From Emiliania huxleyi CCMP1516 (taxonomy: Eukaryota): a DNA stretch of 64,000 nt. This document shows, piece by piece, positions 1 through 12,439 of this stretch. Position 1 is the stretch's first letter. Each line of letters begins with the position of its first letter. The stretch lies in NCBI RefSeq assembly GCF_000372725.1, contig NW_005201732.1, forward strand, positions 248,001 through 312,000. The letters run 5' to 3'. Both the position numbers and the translations under genes were made by a program. Below the pieces are notes generated by a model. The model was given only the letters and a program-made list of their open reading frames with translations, ran no database searches and was not told the DNA's origin.

Positions 1-2448
1 TCGGGCCTGTGGGCGCAGCGCGCCCTCAGCGACAGCTACGATGTCACACTCGTTGACTTCAAGGACTACTTTGAGTACACGCCCGGCGTGCTCCGTCTCT
101 TCGTGCAGCCGTCGTGGCTGAGTCGTCTGTCGGGGCCGCTGCCGCGGCGGCGGAATAAGCTGGTGGTGGGCGAGGTGGTTGCCGTCCACCCCACCGAAAT
201 CACCCTCCGCACGGCCGACGGTGAGGAGGCGCAGATTCCCTTTGACTACCTGCTGCTCGGATGCGGCTCTCCTGCTGCCAGATGCGACACACACATCCCC
301 GTAGTGTTGGCGCCGGCACCGGAGACGACGCGTGCTCAGCTATAGTCCACTGGTTCCACCGCCCTCGCGCTGCAACCACCGTATCCGCAGCCCTCGCATT
401 CCCTCGGTGCGGGTGTGCGATGCGTGAGACAGAGCTACCACGCACACCCGTCACTCCCCTCGCGCCTCCCTCCTCACTCCCGTCTGTCTCCCTCCTCCAG
501 GGTCGTCGTACGCGGCAGCGCCCGTCAAGGCGTCGCCGCGCGAGCCGGACCTGCCCTCGCGCCGCCGCTCGTGGGAAGAGGCTGCCGCCCGCCTCGCCCG
601 CGCCTCCTCCGTCCTCATCGCCGGCGGGGGCCCTGTCGCTGTCGAGCTTGCTGCCGAGGTCGCACCTCCCCCCGCGCCTCCCCCGCACCTCCCCCGCATC
701 CCCCCCTCCTCCCTCCCCCTCTCTCCTCCTCCCTCCCCCTCCCCCTCCTCTCCTCTCCCCCGACCTCCCCCTCCCCCACCCCACCAGGTGCTCGACGCGT
801 ACCCCTCCGTCTCCGTCACCCTCGTCACGTCCGGCACATCCCTCTGCTCGGGCACGCCGAGACTAGCAGAGACTAGCAGAAGCTAGCCGACACCAGCCGA
901 CACCAGCCGACACCAGCCGACACTAGCAGAGACTAGCCGAGAGCAGCGCCTCCCTCTGGTCCGGCACGCCCTCCGCACGCGCCTTGACCCGCGCGTCCGC
1001 ACGCCATTCTACCTCGGGACCCTGCTCGGGGCCTCCGCCTCTGTAGGCCTGCCCGCCGCCGTCGGAGAGGCGTCCTCCCGCTGGCTCGAGCAGGTATTCA
1101 TCAATCACTGGTGAGCAACCAGTCACTCAGCACTAGGCGTCCGCCCGCTGGCTCGAGCTGCGCGGCGCGGCGCTGCACTACTCCTCGCGGGCCCCTCCTC
1201 TCTTGCCTCCCGGCTGTCCGCTGGGCAAGGAGTGAGGCCGGGTGCGTCTTCACTTCAGGTCGAGTCGGTGCGGCCGGACTCGGTCACGCTTGTGGGCGGC
1301 CAGGCGCCGGCTGCGCACCCCCACTCCTAGCCGGACCTCATCTCCCTCTCGCCGGCACTGACAGTCCGCGGGACGGGCACAGGTCCTCTCCGCCGACATC
1401 GTCTACCCTTGCATGGGAGCCCCGCCCGCCTCCGCCCCCCTCGAGGGCTCCCTCGCCTCGCAGCTTGACGAGCGGCGCGCAAGTAGCCGAGATCGGCCGA
1501 GATCGGCCGAGATTGGCCGAGCCCAGCCGAGGTCCTCCTCGCTAAGCAGCTCGAGGAGCGCTGCCGGCGCCGCAGCGTGCGTCAGGCCACACGATGTTCA
1601 GCGGTTGCCGCATCGCCCCAGGCGCCGGCTGCGCCTCACGCCGCAGCTGCAGCCCGCCGAGCAGAACGGGTCTCCGGCCTCGGGCTGGTCGCGCGTGTTC
1701 GGGATGGGGGACGTCGCCTCCCTCCCGGCGGGAGAGCTGCAGCTCGGACACACGGCCGAGCTCAACGCGCACGTCGCCGCCGAGAACATGCGCCGCTCCG
1801 CCGCGGGCAGGTGACACTTCCTAGACACTTCCGAGATACTTCCCAGACATGCGCCGCTCTGCCGCGGGCAGGCCGCTCGACGCGTGCCCCGCGCCTGAGA
1901 CGCGTCCGGCGTCAGCCCGGAGGTCAGCCCGAGGCCCCGACCCTCAGGCCGCTCGAAGAGTACCCGCGCGGCGCGGTCGGCTGCGAGCGGTCGCCTCGCG
2001 TGTTTTGCGTCTCGCTCGGGCCGCACGACGGCGTCGTCGCATTCAACGGGCTCGCCTCCCCAGATCTCCCCAGATCTCCCCAGATCTCCCCATATCTCCC
2101 CATATCTCCCCACATCTCCCTTCGCCTTCACCGGGCTCGCCTCTCCCGCTCGAGTGTGGTGCGGCGGGCCGGAGCACCCCCCTGAGCCTGCTCGGCACCC
2201 TCCCTAGGCTCGTGCTCTCGGGGGAGATCTGGGGAGATCTGGGGAGATCTGGGGAGATCACCCTCCCTAGGCTCGTGCTCTCGGGCGCCGTCGCCGCCGT
2301 CACCAAGCGGATCCTCGAGTGGACAAAGGTCGCCGCGTGCGCCGAGCGGCCCGTCGGGGTCGCCTTTTGGAAGTTTGGCGACGCCGCCTCCGCGTGGCTC
2401 TCGATGACGGTGCTGCCGCCGCCGCCGCCCGCGCCGCACGAGCCCAAG
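1..2448 (+). CDS. FAD/NAD(P)H oxidoreductase, AIFM2/FSP1 (AMID)-like, multi-exon, 5' end outside window; probably continues into the DCC1 domain
   Basis: Frame 1 from base 1 reads SGLWAQRALSDSYDVTLVDFKDYFEYTPGVLR...FDYLLLGCG. Later exons read SSVLIAGGGPVAVELAAE (second Rossmann motif), VLDAYPSVSVTLVT and VFGMGDVA...GHTAELNAHVAAEN (FAD-binding GD motif). Introns contain 10-mer repeats. Confidence 0.8.
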
Positions 2449-2514
2449 GTGGGCCCTGCTCTTCGACGGCGTCCGAAACACAACGTCGGAGATGTCTTGA
2501 AGTGGTTGGAGTAG

Positions 2515-2989
2515 GTGATCCTGCTCTTCGACGGCGTCTGCCTGCTCTGCTCCACCTTCGTCCACTTCCTCCTCGACCACAACGCCGACCAGCGGATCCA
2601 TTTCTGCGCGCTGCAGTCCGAGCCGGGCAAGGACATCCTCACGCGGCGCGGGCTGCCGCTTCGACGCGCCGACTCGACTCGTCGCCAGGTCGACTCATGT
2701 TGGGTGGGCCGCTCCTTTGATTAGGCACGGGCTGCCGCTCGATGTGTCGACGGTGGTGCTCATCGACGAGTGCGGCGCCCACGTGCGCTCTTCGGCCGCG
2801 CTGCGCACGCTGCGCCACTGCGGCGCGCCCTACTGCTTCCTCTACGCCCTCGCGGCGCTGCCCCGCCCGCTGCGCGACTTTGGCTACCGCATGGTAGCCG
2901 CGAGCCGCTACAGGCTCTTTGGCAAGGACGACGGCTCCGCGTGCCGCCGCATGACAAAGGCGGTGCGCGCGCGGTTCCTGTCGACGTGA
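2515..2989 (+). CDS. DCC1/DUF393-type thiol-disulfide oxidoreductase domain (2 exons)
   Basis: VILLFDGVCLLCSTFVHFLL (DxxCxxC motif), FCALQSE, then HGLPLDVSTVVLID...RSSAALR...PRPLRDFGYRMVAASRYRLFGK. Intron about 2646-2724; stop at 2987-2989. Confidence 0.85.
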
Positions 2990-3492
2990 AGCCGCGCGGG
3001 CTTCTCGCAGGCTCTTCTCTCTGGTCGAGCTCTCTGGTCGAGCTCTACCTCACCTCGGGCTTGGTTGGAGAGACGGCCTACGGATCTGAAGCAGATCTGA
3101 AGCCCCGCCCCTAGGCTGTCGCGCCTTCGGCGCCCAGCGTGCCCGGTCATTTTGGTCGAGATCGCCGACATTCCTCTGGCGCCCGTGTGTGTTGAGGCGG
3201 GTGTATTTATGTGAGAGGGCCGGAAGCGCAGCGACATGTACGAGTACGCTGTAGTGTACGGCCGACTGCCGACACAAATAGACCGCAATGGGCTTGGGGC
3301 TTGGGGGGCCCCGCTCCACACGCCTCTATTCCTATTCCGTATTTTCTCTAGAGACGTGTACACGGTAGATCATATCTTACGGTACCTTACTGTGTACTGA
3401 GACGCACGACGTCAGGTTCGTCACCGTGTATCGAGATCTCAGGCGTCGTACGTCCCTTGACGCTTAAGTCCGATTAGCCTCCCTCCCGCACG

Positions 3493-4768
3493 CTACTCTT
3501 CCAGCTCCCAGTCGGGGGCGAGGCTCTGCGCGAGCGTGCACGCTCTGCGCGTGAGGCGGAGCGGGAACCCGTCGGGCGCGCGCACGATTGCGACCTCCGC
3601 CACCAAGTCGCCCATCATCTGCTGGTGCGGGGGCGACACCACGCGGAGAGGGCGGCCGAAGCGGCTGGCGGAGCGGTGCTGCAGCGAAGCGAGCGTGTCC
3701 GGCAGCGACACGCCGAGCGCGGTCACGTCGAGGCAGAGGTGCGCCGGGCCCGGCGCCGCGTCCGACGGCGGGCGCGCCGGCCGCTGCAGCACCGCCGGCG
3801 GCACCTGTCGGGGCGGGCGGGCGTCAGGCAAGGCCGGGGAAGGGAGGGGGAGTGCGTCGGTGCAGAGGGGCCGCCAGAGCGCGTCTGGAGTGGTGGCGGC
3901 GCTCTATCCGCCTCTCTCGCATGCGGGCGTGGCGTGGGCTCGGCAGAGGGTGCGTCTCGCAAGGAAGAGGGTGCGTCTCGCAAGTTTAGAGGGTGCGTCT
4001 CGCAAGGAAGAGGGTGCGTCTCGCAAGTTTAGAGGGTGCGTCGCAAGGAAGAGGGTGCGTCTCGCAAGGAAGAGGGTGCGTCTCGCAAGGAAGAGGGTGC
4101 GTCTCGCAAGGAAGAGGGTGCGTCTCGCAAGGCGCCTCGACCAGCTCGATGGAGAGGGGCGTCCAAGGCGCGCAGAGCCAGGCGGCACGGGCGCCGTTCG
4201 TCGTGAAGCGGCGCCGCGGCTCGTAGTGGAGCAGCGACCAGAACGCGAGCGACTGCCGTATGCACGAGACTCGCAGCGTCGCGTGGCTGAAGCCGGACGG
4301 CTCTGCAGGGTCGCGCCGCGCCACCAGCGCCATCAGCGGCGAGGCCGACGCGTTGGCGCCGCTCCCCTGCGCCACGTCTTCGCCGCTCCCTTCCGCCACG
4401 TCGCCGCCGGCGAGCTCGAAGCCGAGCCCGCGCAGAACGCCCTCGTCGCTCGGAGTCACCGGCCGGGCGAGCAACGCGCTCCCGCACCGCAAGTCGGGGT
4501 GCTCGCGCGCCGCGTGCCACAGCAGCTGCCTGGCCGCATCGCCGCCCTCCGGCGAGTCGGCAGGACTGGCCAGGCGCAGGCCGCTCGCGTGCACAGCGAA
4601 CGGAGCGGCCGGGTCGCGCTGCAGCTGTAGGCTGCCCACCGGCGCGCCGCCGCCGTCGGGCGTGGCGAGGAGCAGCATGCACGTGGCCCACGCCGCAGAG
4701 TCGAGCGTCAGCGAACGGTGCGGCAGGCTGGGCGAGGAGAGCGGGGCGGCGTCGATGCGCACCCTCAT
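3493..4768 (-). CDS. VOC/glyoxalase-like domain protein (2 exons; start uncertain)
   Basis: FSHATLRVSCIRQSLAFWSLL...LSIELVE is joined via GC-AG intron 3805-4135 to PAHLCLDV...VAIVRAPDGFPLRL, matching the paired betaalphabetabetabeta VOC motifs. Confidence 0.6.
3946..4131 (+). repeat. 21-bp tandem repeat (GAGGGTGCGTCTCGCAAGGAA and variants) inside an intron
   Basis: About 9 consecutive units are directly visible. Confidence 0.95.
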
Positions 4769-4910
4769 TGGCGGGAGCCAGCCCAAAGACTAAAGAAGAA
4801 ACTCCGTCTTGAGAAGAGAAAAAAGAAAACAATGGAACGACGGCTAGCACCACACTCATATCGTTAAAATCCCTGTGTGTAATTGCGGCACGCAGGCGCT
4901 AAAGAGGGCA

Positions 4911-5065
4911 ACCTGCCTTGCCCCAGGACGCAGGAGCCAGGTAAAGACGTCGCCGTCGGCGCGGTGAGGGCGCGAGGCTGTGGTGCTGTCTCCAGTCGAC
5001 CAGCAGTCGACGCGGCGATGACGCGCTGGTCAGCAAAGGCCTCGATCTTCTTAGGCAGCAGCTGG
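4911..5065 (-). pseudogene. Degenerate RCC1-repeat fragment
   Basis: Similar to the RCC1 units at 5341-6250 (GCCGTCGGCGCGGTGAGGGCGCGAGGCTGTG, AAAGGCCTCGATCTTCTTAGGCAGCAGCTGG), with indels. Confidence 0.7.
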
Positions 5066-5340
5066 GGTTATTGGGGACAACAATTTGAACAGCTCTAGGT
5101 CGGTTTAAACGCGAGGTGCGTTGCCGTGCAGCGTGCTGACTGTGCTGTGCGCGCCGGAAATGAGCGGAAAACCCCGATTGGCGATTGTCGTGACTGCTGA
5201 CTCTCGGGGTTGTGACTGTTTGTGCGCCCGCCGAAGAGTCGGCCGAACAGGGGATTTCACAACAAAACTCCCTCGTAATGCGAGTGATCGCCCTTTGCCC
5301 AGATTCGCTTCACTTTTTTCCGTCCCTCTCCCCCTCCCTC

Positions 5341-6765
5341 TCACTCCCGCGACCACACCTCGATCTTCTTGGGCAGCAGCTGGTTCGACAGGTCCTCTCC
5401 GTGGCCCAGGCAGGCGTCCTCGCCCCTGCCCCAAGCGAGGACAGCGCCGTCGGCGTCGAGGGCGAGGCTGTGGTTCCCCCCTGCCGACACAGCCTTGACG
5501 CGCTGGCCAGCTAAGGCCTCGATCTTCTTCGGCAGCAGCTGGTCCTGCTCGTCGCCGTGGCCCAGCTGGCCATAGGCTCCACGGCCCCAGCTCCAGACGG
5601 CGCCGTCGGCGGTGATGGCGGAGCTGTGGCGCTCTCCAGCCGAGACAGCCACGATGCGCTGTCCAGCGAAGGCCTCGACCTTCTTGGGCAGCAGCTGGTC
5701 CTGCTCGTCACCGTGGCCCAGCTGGCCAGCGTATCCAAAGCCCCAGCTCCAGACAGCGCCGTCGGCGGTGAGGGCGAGGCTGTGCTCGCCTCCAGCCGAC
5801 ACAGCGACGACGCGCCGCCCAGCAAAGGCCTCGATCTTCTTCGGCAGCAGCTGGTTTTGGTAGTCGCCGTGGCCCAACCGGCCTTGGTATCCACAGCCCC
5901 AGCTCCAGACGGCCCCGTCGGCGGTGAGGGCGAGGCTGTGGCTCCATCCAGCCGCAACAGCGACGGCGCGCTGGCCCGCAAAGAACTCGATCTTCTTCGG
6001 CAGCAGCTGGTTCTGCTCGTCGCCGTGGCCCAGCTTGCCTCGCCAACCATCGCCCCAGCTCCAGACGGCGCCGTCCGCGGTGATGGCGAGGATGCGAGCG
6101 GCTCCAGCCGACACGGTGACGACGCGCTGGCCAGCAAAGGCGTCGATCTTCTTTGGCTGCCACTGGTGCTGCTCGTCGCCGAGTCCCGGCTCGCCGCAGC
6201 CCCAGGACCAAACGGCGCCGTCCGCGGTGAGAGCGAGGCTGAAGTATCGTGACGCCGCCACACCAATCGCGCGCTCGCCTCCGGAGCGACCGGAGACGGG
6301 TCGGCGTCTTGAGCTGCAGCACGCCCTCGCCGTGGCCGAGAAGGCCTGGAAGCTCCTCCTCTTTGTCCTCCTCGCCCTCCTCGCCCTCCTCACCCTCCGC
6401 TGCCGTGCCGCACGACGAGAGCCGCCCCTCGCCGTCGATGAAGATGCTGTGCCGTTCGCCTGCGGCCGCCCTCGCCGGCGGGTTGGACTCGCGCAGCAAG
6501 GCATAGACGCACAGCCACCGCACGGCGCACCTCTCGCATTCTGGCTGCGCCGGCGGCTCGTAGCCGGCCTCTCGCAGGCGCAAGCGGATGCCCTCCTCCG
6601 CAAGCGAGGCGTGGAAGAGCAGCGAGACGGCCGCGACGCGAGCGATGTCGGCGGGGTCGCAGTGAGAGAAGGCGCGCACGAGGAGGTCCGTAGGGAGGTC
6701 GAGGAGGAGGGTGGGCGGCGGCGTGGAGGGCGAGGCGGCGGCGGCGGCTGCGGCGGCGAGGCGCG
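5341..6765 (-). pseudogene. F-box-like + RCC1-repeat protein, frameshifted near 6285, no clear start codon
   Basis: N-terminal LLDLPTDLLVRAFSHCDPADIARVAAVSLLF is in one frame. About 6 RCC1 repeats (HSLALTADGAVWSWG..G.LGHGDEQ..LLPKKIE) are in another frame. Confidence 0.75.
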
Positions 6766-7267
6766 CGGTTTCTTTCTTTTTTGCGCTTTCGGGATGTCTG
6801 TTTTCTTTCTTTCTTTTTTGCGCTTTCCCTTGGGATGTCTGTTTTCTTTCTTTCTTTTTTGCGTGCGGTCCTCCCATCCCTCCCTTGGGTTGTCTGTTGA
6901 ATTTCCTTTCTTTCTTGTGGAATTTATAAAAGAAATTCTAAGGATTTGCGAACGTTGAGTGAGGAGAACGCAGCCGCGGTGCACACTGCTGGCGAGTGCT
7001 CTGCGGTGCGGCGGCGGATACTGGCGAGGTACTTCCAGCATGCTGTGGGAACAGCTGAACGCTGCTCCTCGCCAAGGCTCGCCCCAGCATCTCAGGTTCC
7101 CTCGCCCCCCGGGCAAGGGGGACCCGTGAGGCGTCGAGTGCCTTGTGGGCTCATTTCACGCCCAAGCGATTTGCGGGCGGACGGCCGGTGGCTAAGCCGC
7201 CGCCGACCAGACCTCGACGAGCACGCTCCCTCGTCCGTCGCCGGCTGCCACCCGCGCCGACCGATTC

Positions 7268-10200
7268 ATGGACGAGCTCTGCATCGAGGGCTGGCTCCAC
7301 CGGTCCAAGAAGGGCGATCCCACGCAGCGGGAGCGACGTTACTTCTTCTCGAGCGGCTTTGCCGTCGAATACTGCAAGACGCCCGACCGGGCCAGCCGCA
7401 CGGGCAAATTCGACCTCCGGATGGTGGAGGAGCTGGATGAGCCCGAGCCAGGTATGCTGTTTGTCCGAGTGAAAGGCAAGACACATCCGCTCCATGTCTT
7501 TCTTCCGAGCCCGATGGAGGCGCTGCAGCAGGGCGACGGAGCCGACGCCAAGGCGTGGAGGATGCTGTGGGCGAGCGCGGTGGATGAGAGTGTCGTCTCA
7601 CTGGCGCTCGAGTCGGCTCGCGACACCAACCTGGCGGAGCGCTTCACGATGCTGCGCGAGGAGAAGCGGCAGACGCGTGCGCTCCTCGCCAAGTCCGCTT
7701 CCGCCCTCCCTCGCGACTCCAAGGAAGCTGAGGAGGCGACGGCTCCGAGATAGTCCACTTCACACGCGCAGCCACCTCACCAACGCCCACTTGCGAGGCC
7801 CTTTGCATGGGACACCGTGAGAGGGAGGGGCCGGTCCTTCATTCTCTCGCCCGCCGTCAGCTAGACCCCAAACCCTCTCCTTCCCTTCCTCGCCTGCAAA
7901 GGCGGCGAGGAGGAAGACCCCAAACCCTCTCCCTCCCTTCCCCGCCTGCAAAGGACGGCGAGGAGGCGTCGGTGCTGTGCATCCCACTCGAGGTGCTGGA
8001 CGCGAACGCGGACATCGTGGCGCCTGAGACCCCGTCTAGATCCGAGGCCAAGACCGCCGCCGCTGGCGCAGACAGCGAGTGGTCCTTTGCAGAAGTTCGG
8101 TACGGAGGGCAGTACAGGCAAACGCTCGCGAGAACACTTGCCTCCCACTCCGCCACTCCCCCCCATCCGCCGCCCCTTCCCCGGCCCTCGCCTCGCAGCT
8201 TCGTCACCATCGGCGCCAAGGAGTTGGTGCAGGCTGGAATCGCAGACGGGATCAAGCAGTTCAAGGCGCAGCCCACACATCCCGCCACCCACCCACCCCC
8301 CGATCCCCCGCCCGTCCTCGTCCCCCTTTCGACGGCCTGGATCGCCGCGAGACCGCAGGCAAGCCCCGACAAGTTCGAAGCGATGTGGTTCCAGGCGAGA
8401 CAAGCCGGGACTGGCCGAGATTGGCCGAGGTTGCCCCACTCAAGACCCGCAGACTCCGACACGCCTCCCCCACCCGACGCAAGGCCGACATGGTGGACTG
8501 GCCCGTCGAACAGCAGAGGTACACGCTGCTGCTGCGCGAGGGCACCTCGGGCTTTGAGCCGGACGACAGCACGCCTCAGGGAGGCCTCGCCGGCTAGATG
8601 CCACGTGCCCACAGCGCAGCACCAACCCTCTCCCCGCTCTCCCCGCTGCGAGCACAGCACCCCAAGGCGAATCCCACGGCGAGCTGCGCCCTGCACCTGC
8701 CTTTCCGATTGCCAGTGTCATTCCACTGTTATTGCCCAGTGTGTCTCCTCTCCCTCCTGACACTCAATTCCGTGTACTCTGTTCGCTCTACGCTGGACTG
8801 TTGCACGAAACTCTCCGCTCATTCCTTACTTTATGCGTCNNNNNNNNNNNNNNNNNNNNNNNNNNNNNNNNNNNNNNNNNNNNNNNNNNNNNNNNNNNNN
8901 NNNNNNNNNNNNNNNNNNNNNNNNNNNNNNNNNNNNNNNTACCATCACCAGCCAGTGTCGGAGCTGAACGCTCCCGCGGGGGGGGCCGCCCCTGTGGCGG
9001 TCCCGGACCCCGCGCCAGTGCAGCCTGTCGCGCCAGCCTCTCCGCTGCCGCCGTCGCCAAAGGGTGCGCCGGCGGCAGACGTTGTCGACCATGATCAGCT
9101 CATGGCGCTGCTCGGGCACGGCGCACCTGCGGCGCCGAGCGAGGAGGAGGAGGAGGAGGAGGAGGAGGAGGCAGCCGTCGCGCCGCCCGTGGCCGCCACC
9201 GCCTCCGCGAGTCAGCAGAGCGAGGCTGCCTCCGAGGCGGACGCCGCCGCTACTGGGGCAGCGGCGGGCGAGGCGGCGGGCGAGGCGGAGGGGGGGGCGG
9301 AGGGGCGGGCGGCGGACGTTGTCGATCACGACGAGCTCATGGCGCTTCTCGGGCACAGCGCACCTGCAGCGCCGAGCGAGGAGTCATCCGAGGAGGAGGA
9401 GGAGGAGGAGGAGGAGGAGGAGGCCGTTGGCATCTCGCCGCTGCAGGCGACTTCCCGAGAACCGTCCCCTCCCGGGCCACTGCCTTCCAAAGCGCTTAGG
9501 GGCCCTCCAGCCGCTAGCTGCCTCTACTGCCATCGACGCCCTCGGCTTCGCTGCCCGGCCGCTCCCGCCTCACGCTCCCCCGCCCTCCCCCCGCAGCTCG
9601 TCGCCGCGTCAGTGCCCGTGCTCTCGCTCGAGCGGCGGCAGGAGCTCGGAGGCACAAACGCGTCCCCCTCCGACCTCAAGGCGGAGGTCGAGGCGCTCAC
9701 CCCGCGCGGCTCCGGCCAGACGCCGCGGGGGAACGGCCCGCCCTCGCCGGCGCAGTCCCCAGCTCCCGCACCACCGCCGCCGCCGCCCGCTCCCGCACCG
9801 GCCGCACCAGCGCCTGTCGCACCGCCGCCACCGCCCGCTCCCGCCCCGGCGCCGCCGCCTGCTGCCGCCGCCGCCCCCGCGTCTTCGGCTCCGATGACGC
9901 CGCGCAGCCAGGCGCAGAACGAGCTGGAGGAGATGAAGCGACAGGTGGAGCCGAGACACGTCCGAGATGCCCTAGCCGCTGCTTCTCAGACCACTCAAGA
10001 CGATTGTCCCGTTCGGCTCGTCCCCTGCCGCCGCTTCTTCCGTGCCCGCTCCCTCACTCTCTCTCCCTCACGCCGCCTCTGGCCTCACCCTCTCGCGCCC
10101 CTCTCCCGGGCAGCTCGAGGCGATGAAGGCGGCGCAGGAGGCGCTCATGCGCGAGAAGGAGGCACTGCGGAACGAGAACATGAACCTCAAGGTCACCGGC

Positions 10201-12146
10201 GGCGTGGAGGTCGAGGAGGACGAGGACGAGAAGGCGCTGCAGCACTTCCTCGGCAAGCTGCGCGCCGCGCTGCACCTCGGGTGTGCGTCGGGTTGCATCT
10301 CGGATGTACCTCGGCTGTAGGCAAGCTGCGCGGCGTGCTGACGATGCGCTCCGAGGGGCGCTTCGACCAGAAGCTGTTCGACGAGTACAATGGCGTGTGG
10401 CACTCCCACGCCGCGACACCTCCCGCCACTGCCATGCCGCCCTTGCGTCCCACGCCGTGCTGTCAATCTCCGCTGATCTCGGAGAATCTCGGCTCTCGCG
10501 TTGCCGCCTCACACGCCCGCCACGGCACGACGCGACACGTCCGCGACACGTCCGTGACATGTCTGTGACACATGTCCGCAGGCGCCCTCGTCCAGCTGGC
10601 GGACGAGCAGCTGCAGGAGCTGTACGGCAGCTTCATGCAGATCTACGTCGAGGAGGCCTCGGACGAGGTCTTCGCGCGGCTCGGCATCAGCAACGATCCG
10701 GACGACGCGACGCTCGGCTTTGCCGAGATGATGACTATTAAGCTGGGCGAGCTCATCGACCAGCCGCGCCGGCTGCGCATCCAGGCGTTCGAGGCGCAGC
10801 AGAGGCGCAAGCTGCAGCAGGAGGAGGATCGCGAGCGGAAGCAGGCGACGATGCGCCAGGCGATGGCGAAGGCGTCCGCCCGCGCCGCCCCGGAGCTTTC
10901 CAGGAGCCTTCCGTGAGCCTTCCGTGAGCCTTCCGATAGGCGTCCGCCCTCGCCTCGGCCAATGCGAAGGTGCACGGGGCGCTCGGCTGGCTCTGGCAGA
11001 CGCTGGCGGGCGGCGAGGGCGAGGTGTCCGAGGTGCGCCGCTTCAAGCGCAAGCCGGAGCTGGGGCTGCTCGTCTCAGACGCGGAGGAGCTGCGCAAGCT
11101 GTCTCCGTACGCGTGGCGAAACATGGGCTGCTCCGGCCTCCGTCCGCAGGAGAGCCCCCCCCCCCCCCCCCTCACACACACACACACACACACACACCGC
11201 CTCGCGGACCGCCACCCCTCTCCACCCGGGCCGGAGGGTGCCGTCCCGGCCGGAGCTGGTCGCGTGAGCTCTACCCTGTCCCGCCCCACCTCACGCCTTG
11301 CCCTCCACGCCCCGCCCGCCCGCAGGAGATGCGCTGCCTTGTGCACGTGCTCGGTCGGCCGGGCATGCCGGCGCACGCGGAGGACTTTCTCAAGATGCTG
11401 CAGGTCGCGAGATTTAGCCGGGAGCGAGTCGAGATGGAGGCGAGAGAGGGGCGATGACGCTCGGACGAGGCTGCCAGAGGAGGTTGCAGGCTCTGCTGCA
11501 GGTCCAATCGTTAACGCTTCAGTCATCATTAATCGGGTTGGCCCCCGCTGCAGGTCAAGCTCGGGCAGACGGTCCCGTCGGAGCAGGAGGTGCGCGCGCT
11601 GTGCGAGCCGCCGGCCTCGATGCTCCCGTGGCGCAAGGAGCAGCCGGCCGAGCCGCCCTCCGCACTTCCGCCGCCGCCACCGCCCTCTGGGGGGCCGCCG
11701 CCGCCGCCGCGAGCGCCGCCGCCGCCGCCGCGGCCGCCACCGCCGCCACCGTCTAGTTCGAGGTCTGGCGCCGGCGCGGGCGAGGGCTCGGACCCGCAGT
11801 CGGCGCTCTTTGCGGCGATCGCGGCGCGCAAGGAGAAGCAGGAGGCGCGGATGCGGGCGATCGAGGCGGGCGATCTCAAGGCGGCTGCTCTAGATGCGGG
11901 ATGGGTAGCCCTGTGCTGGCCCGCTGCCGGAGACTGTACTCGACTATGCGCCATCGTATCCACGCTGCACCCACTGTATTCAGCGGTTAGCTGTACGCAC
12001 GCCACGCGCAAAGTGTAGTGCGCATCACACTGTGTGCCCGCCGGCAGGTGGAGGACCCGCGGGAGGCGCGGCTGAGGATGCTCAAGGAGCAGCGCGCCGA
12101 GGAAGCGGCGGCGAAGAAGGCGGGCAGGGCCGCGGCGGGCGCATGA
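7268..12146 (+). CDS. PH-domain protein with acidic/Pro-rich region, coiled coil and WH2-like C-terminus (multi-exon, spans assembly gap; may be two genes)
   Basis: MDELCIEGWLHRSKKG...ERRYFF...VEYCK...GKFDL...WRMLW is a PH pattern. Later exons are poly-Pro and end QSALFAAIAARKEKQEARMRAIEAG...; stop near 12146; N-gap 8840-8939. Confidence 0.55.
8840..8939. other. Assembly gap
   Basis: Run of N. Confidence 1.
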
Positions 12147-12439
12147 GGAGTCAGGGGGGCGCGGAAGCCGGGGCGCGAAGGCGCACACGTTAGCAGGGTT
12201 GGCAGGCACCGGAACACGAGAGTCGTGTGTGCAGGCGTGCGAGGGTTGGGGCAAAAACATCTCCCAACGTGCTGTGAAGTATAATGCTATCCGTTAAAGG
12301 CGACGGAGTCACGGAGAAACACAAGACTTTCCGGGCTTCCCCACTCAAACGTACGCGGTACGGCTTCTACCGGCGATCCACGCACCGGCGTAAATACGGC
12401 CGTCCAGACTACCCGTCCTCTTCGACAAACGCGCACACC

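Noticed and set aside
3946..4131. CRISPR-like array
   Set aside because: The units are contiguous with no unique spacers; this is an intronic minisatellite.
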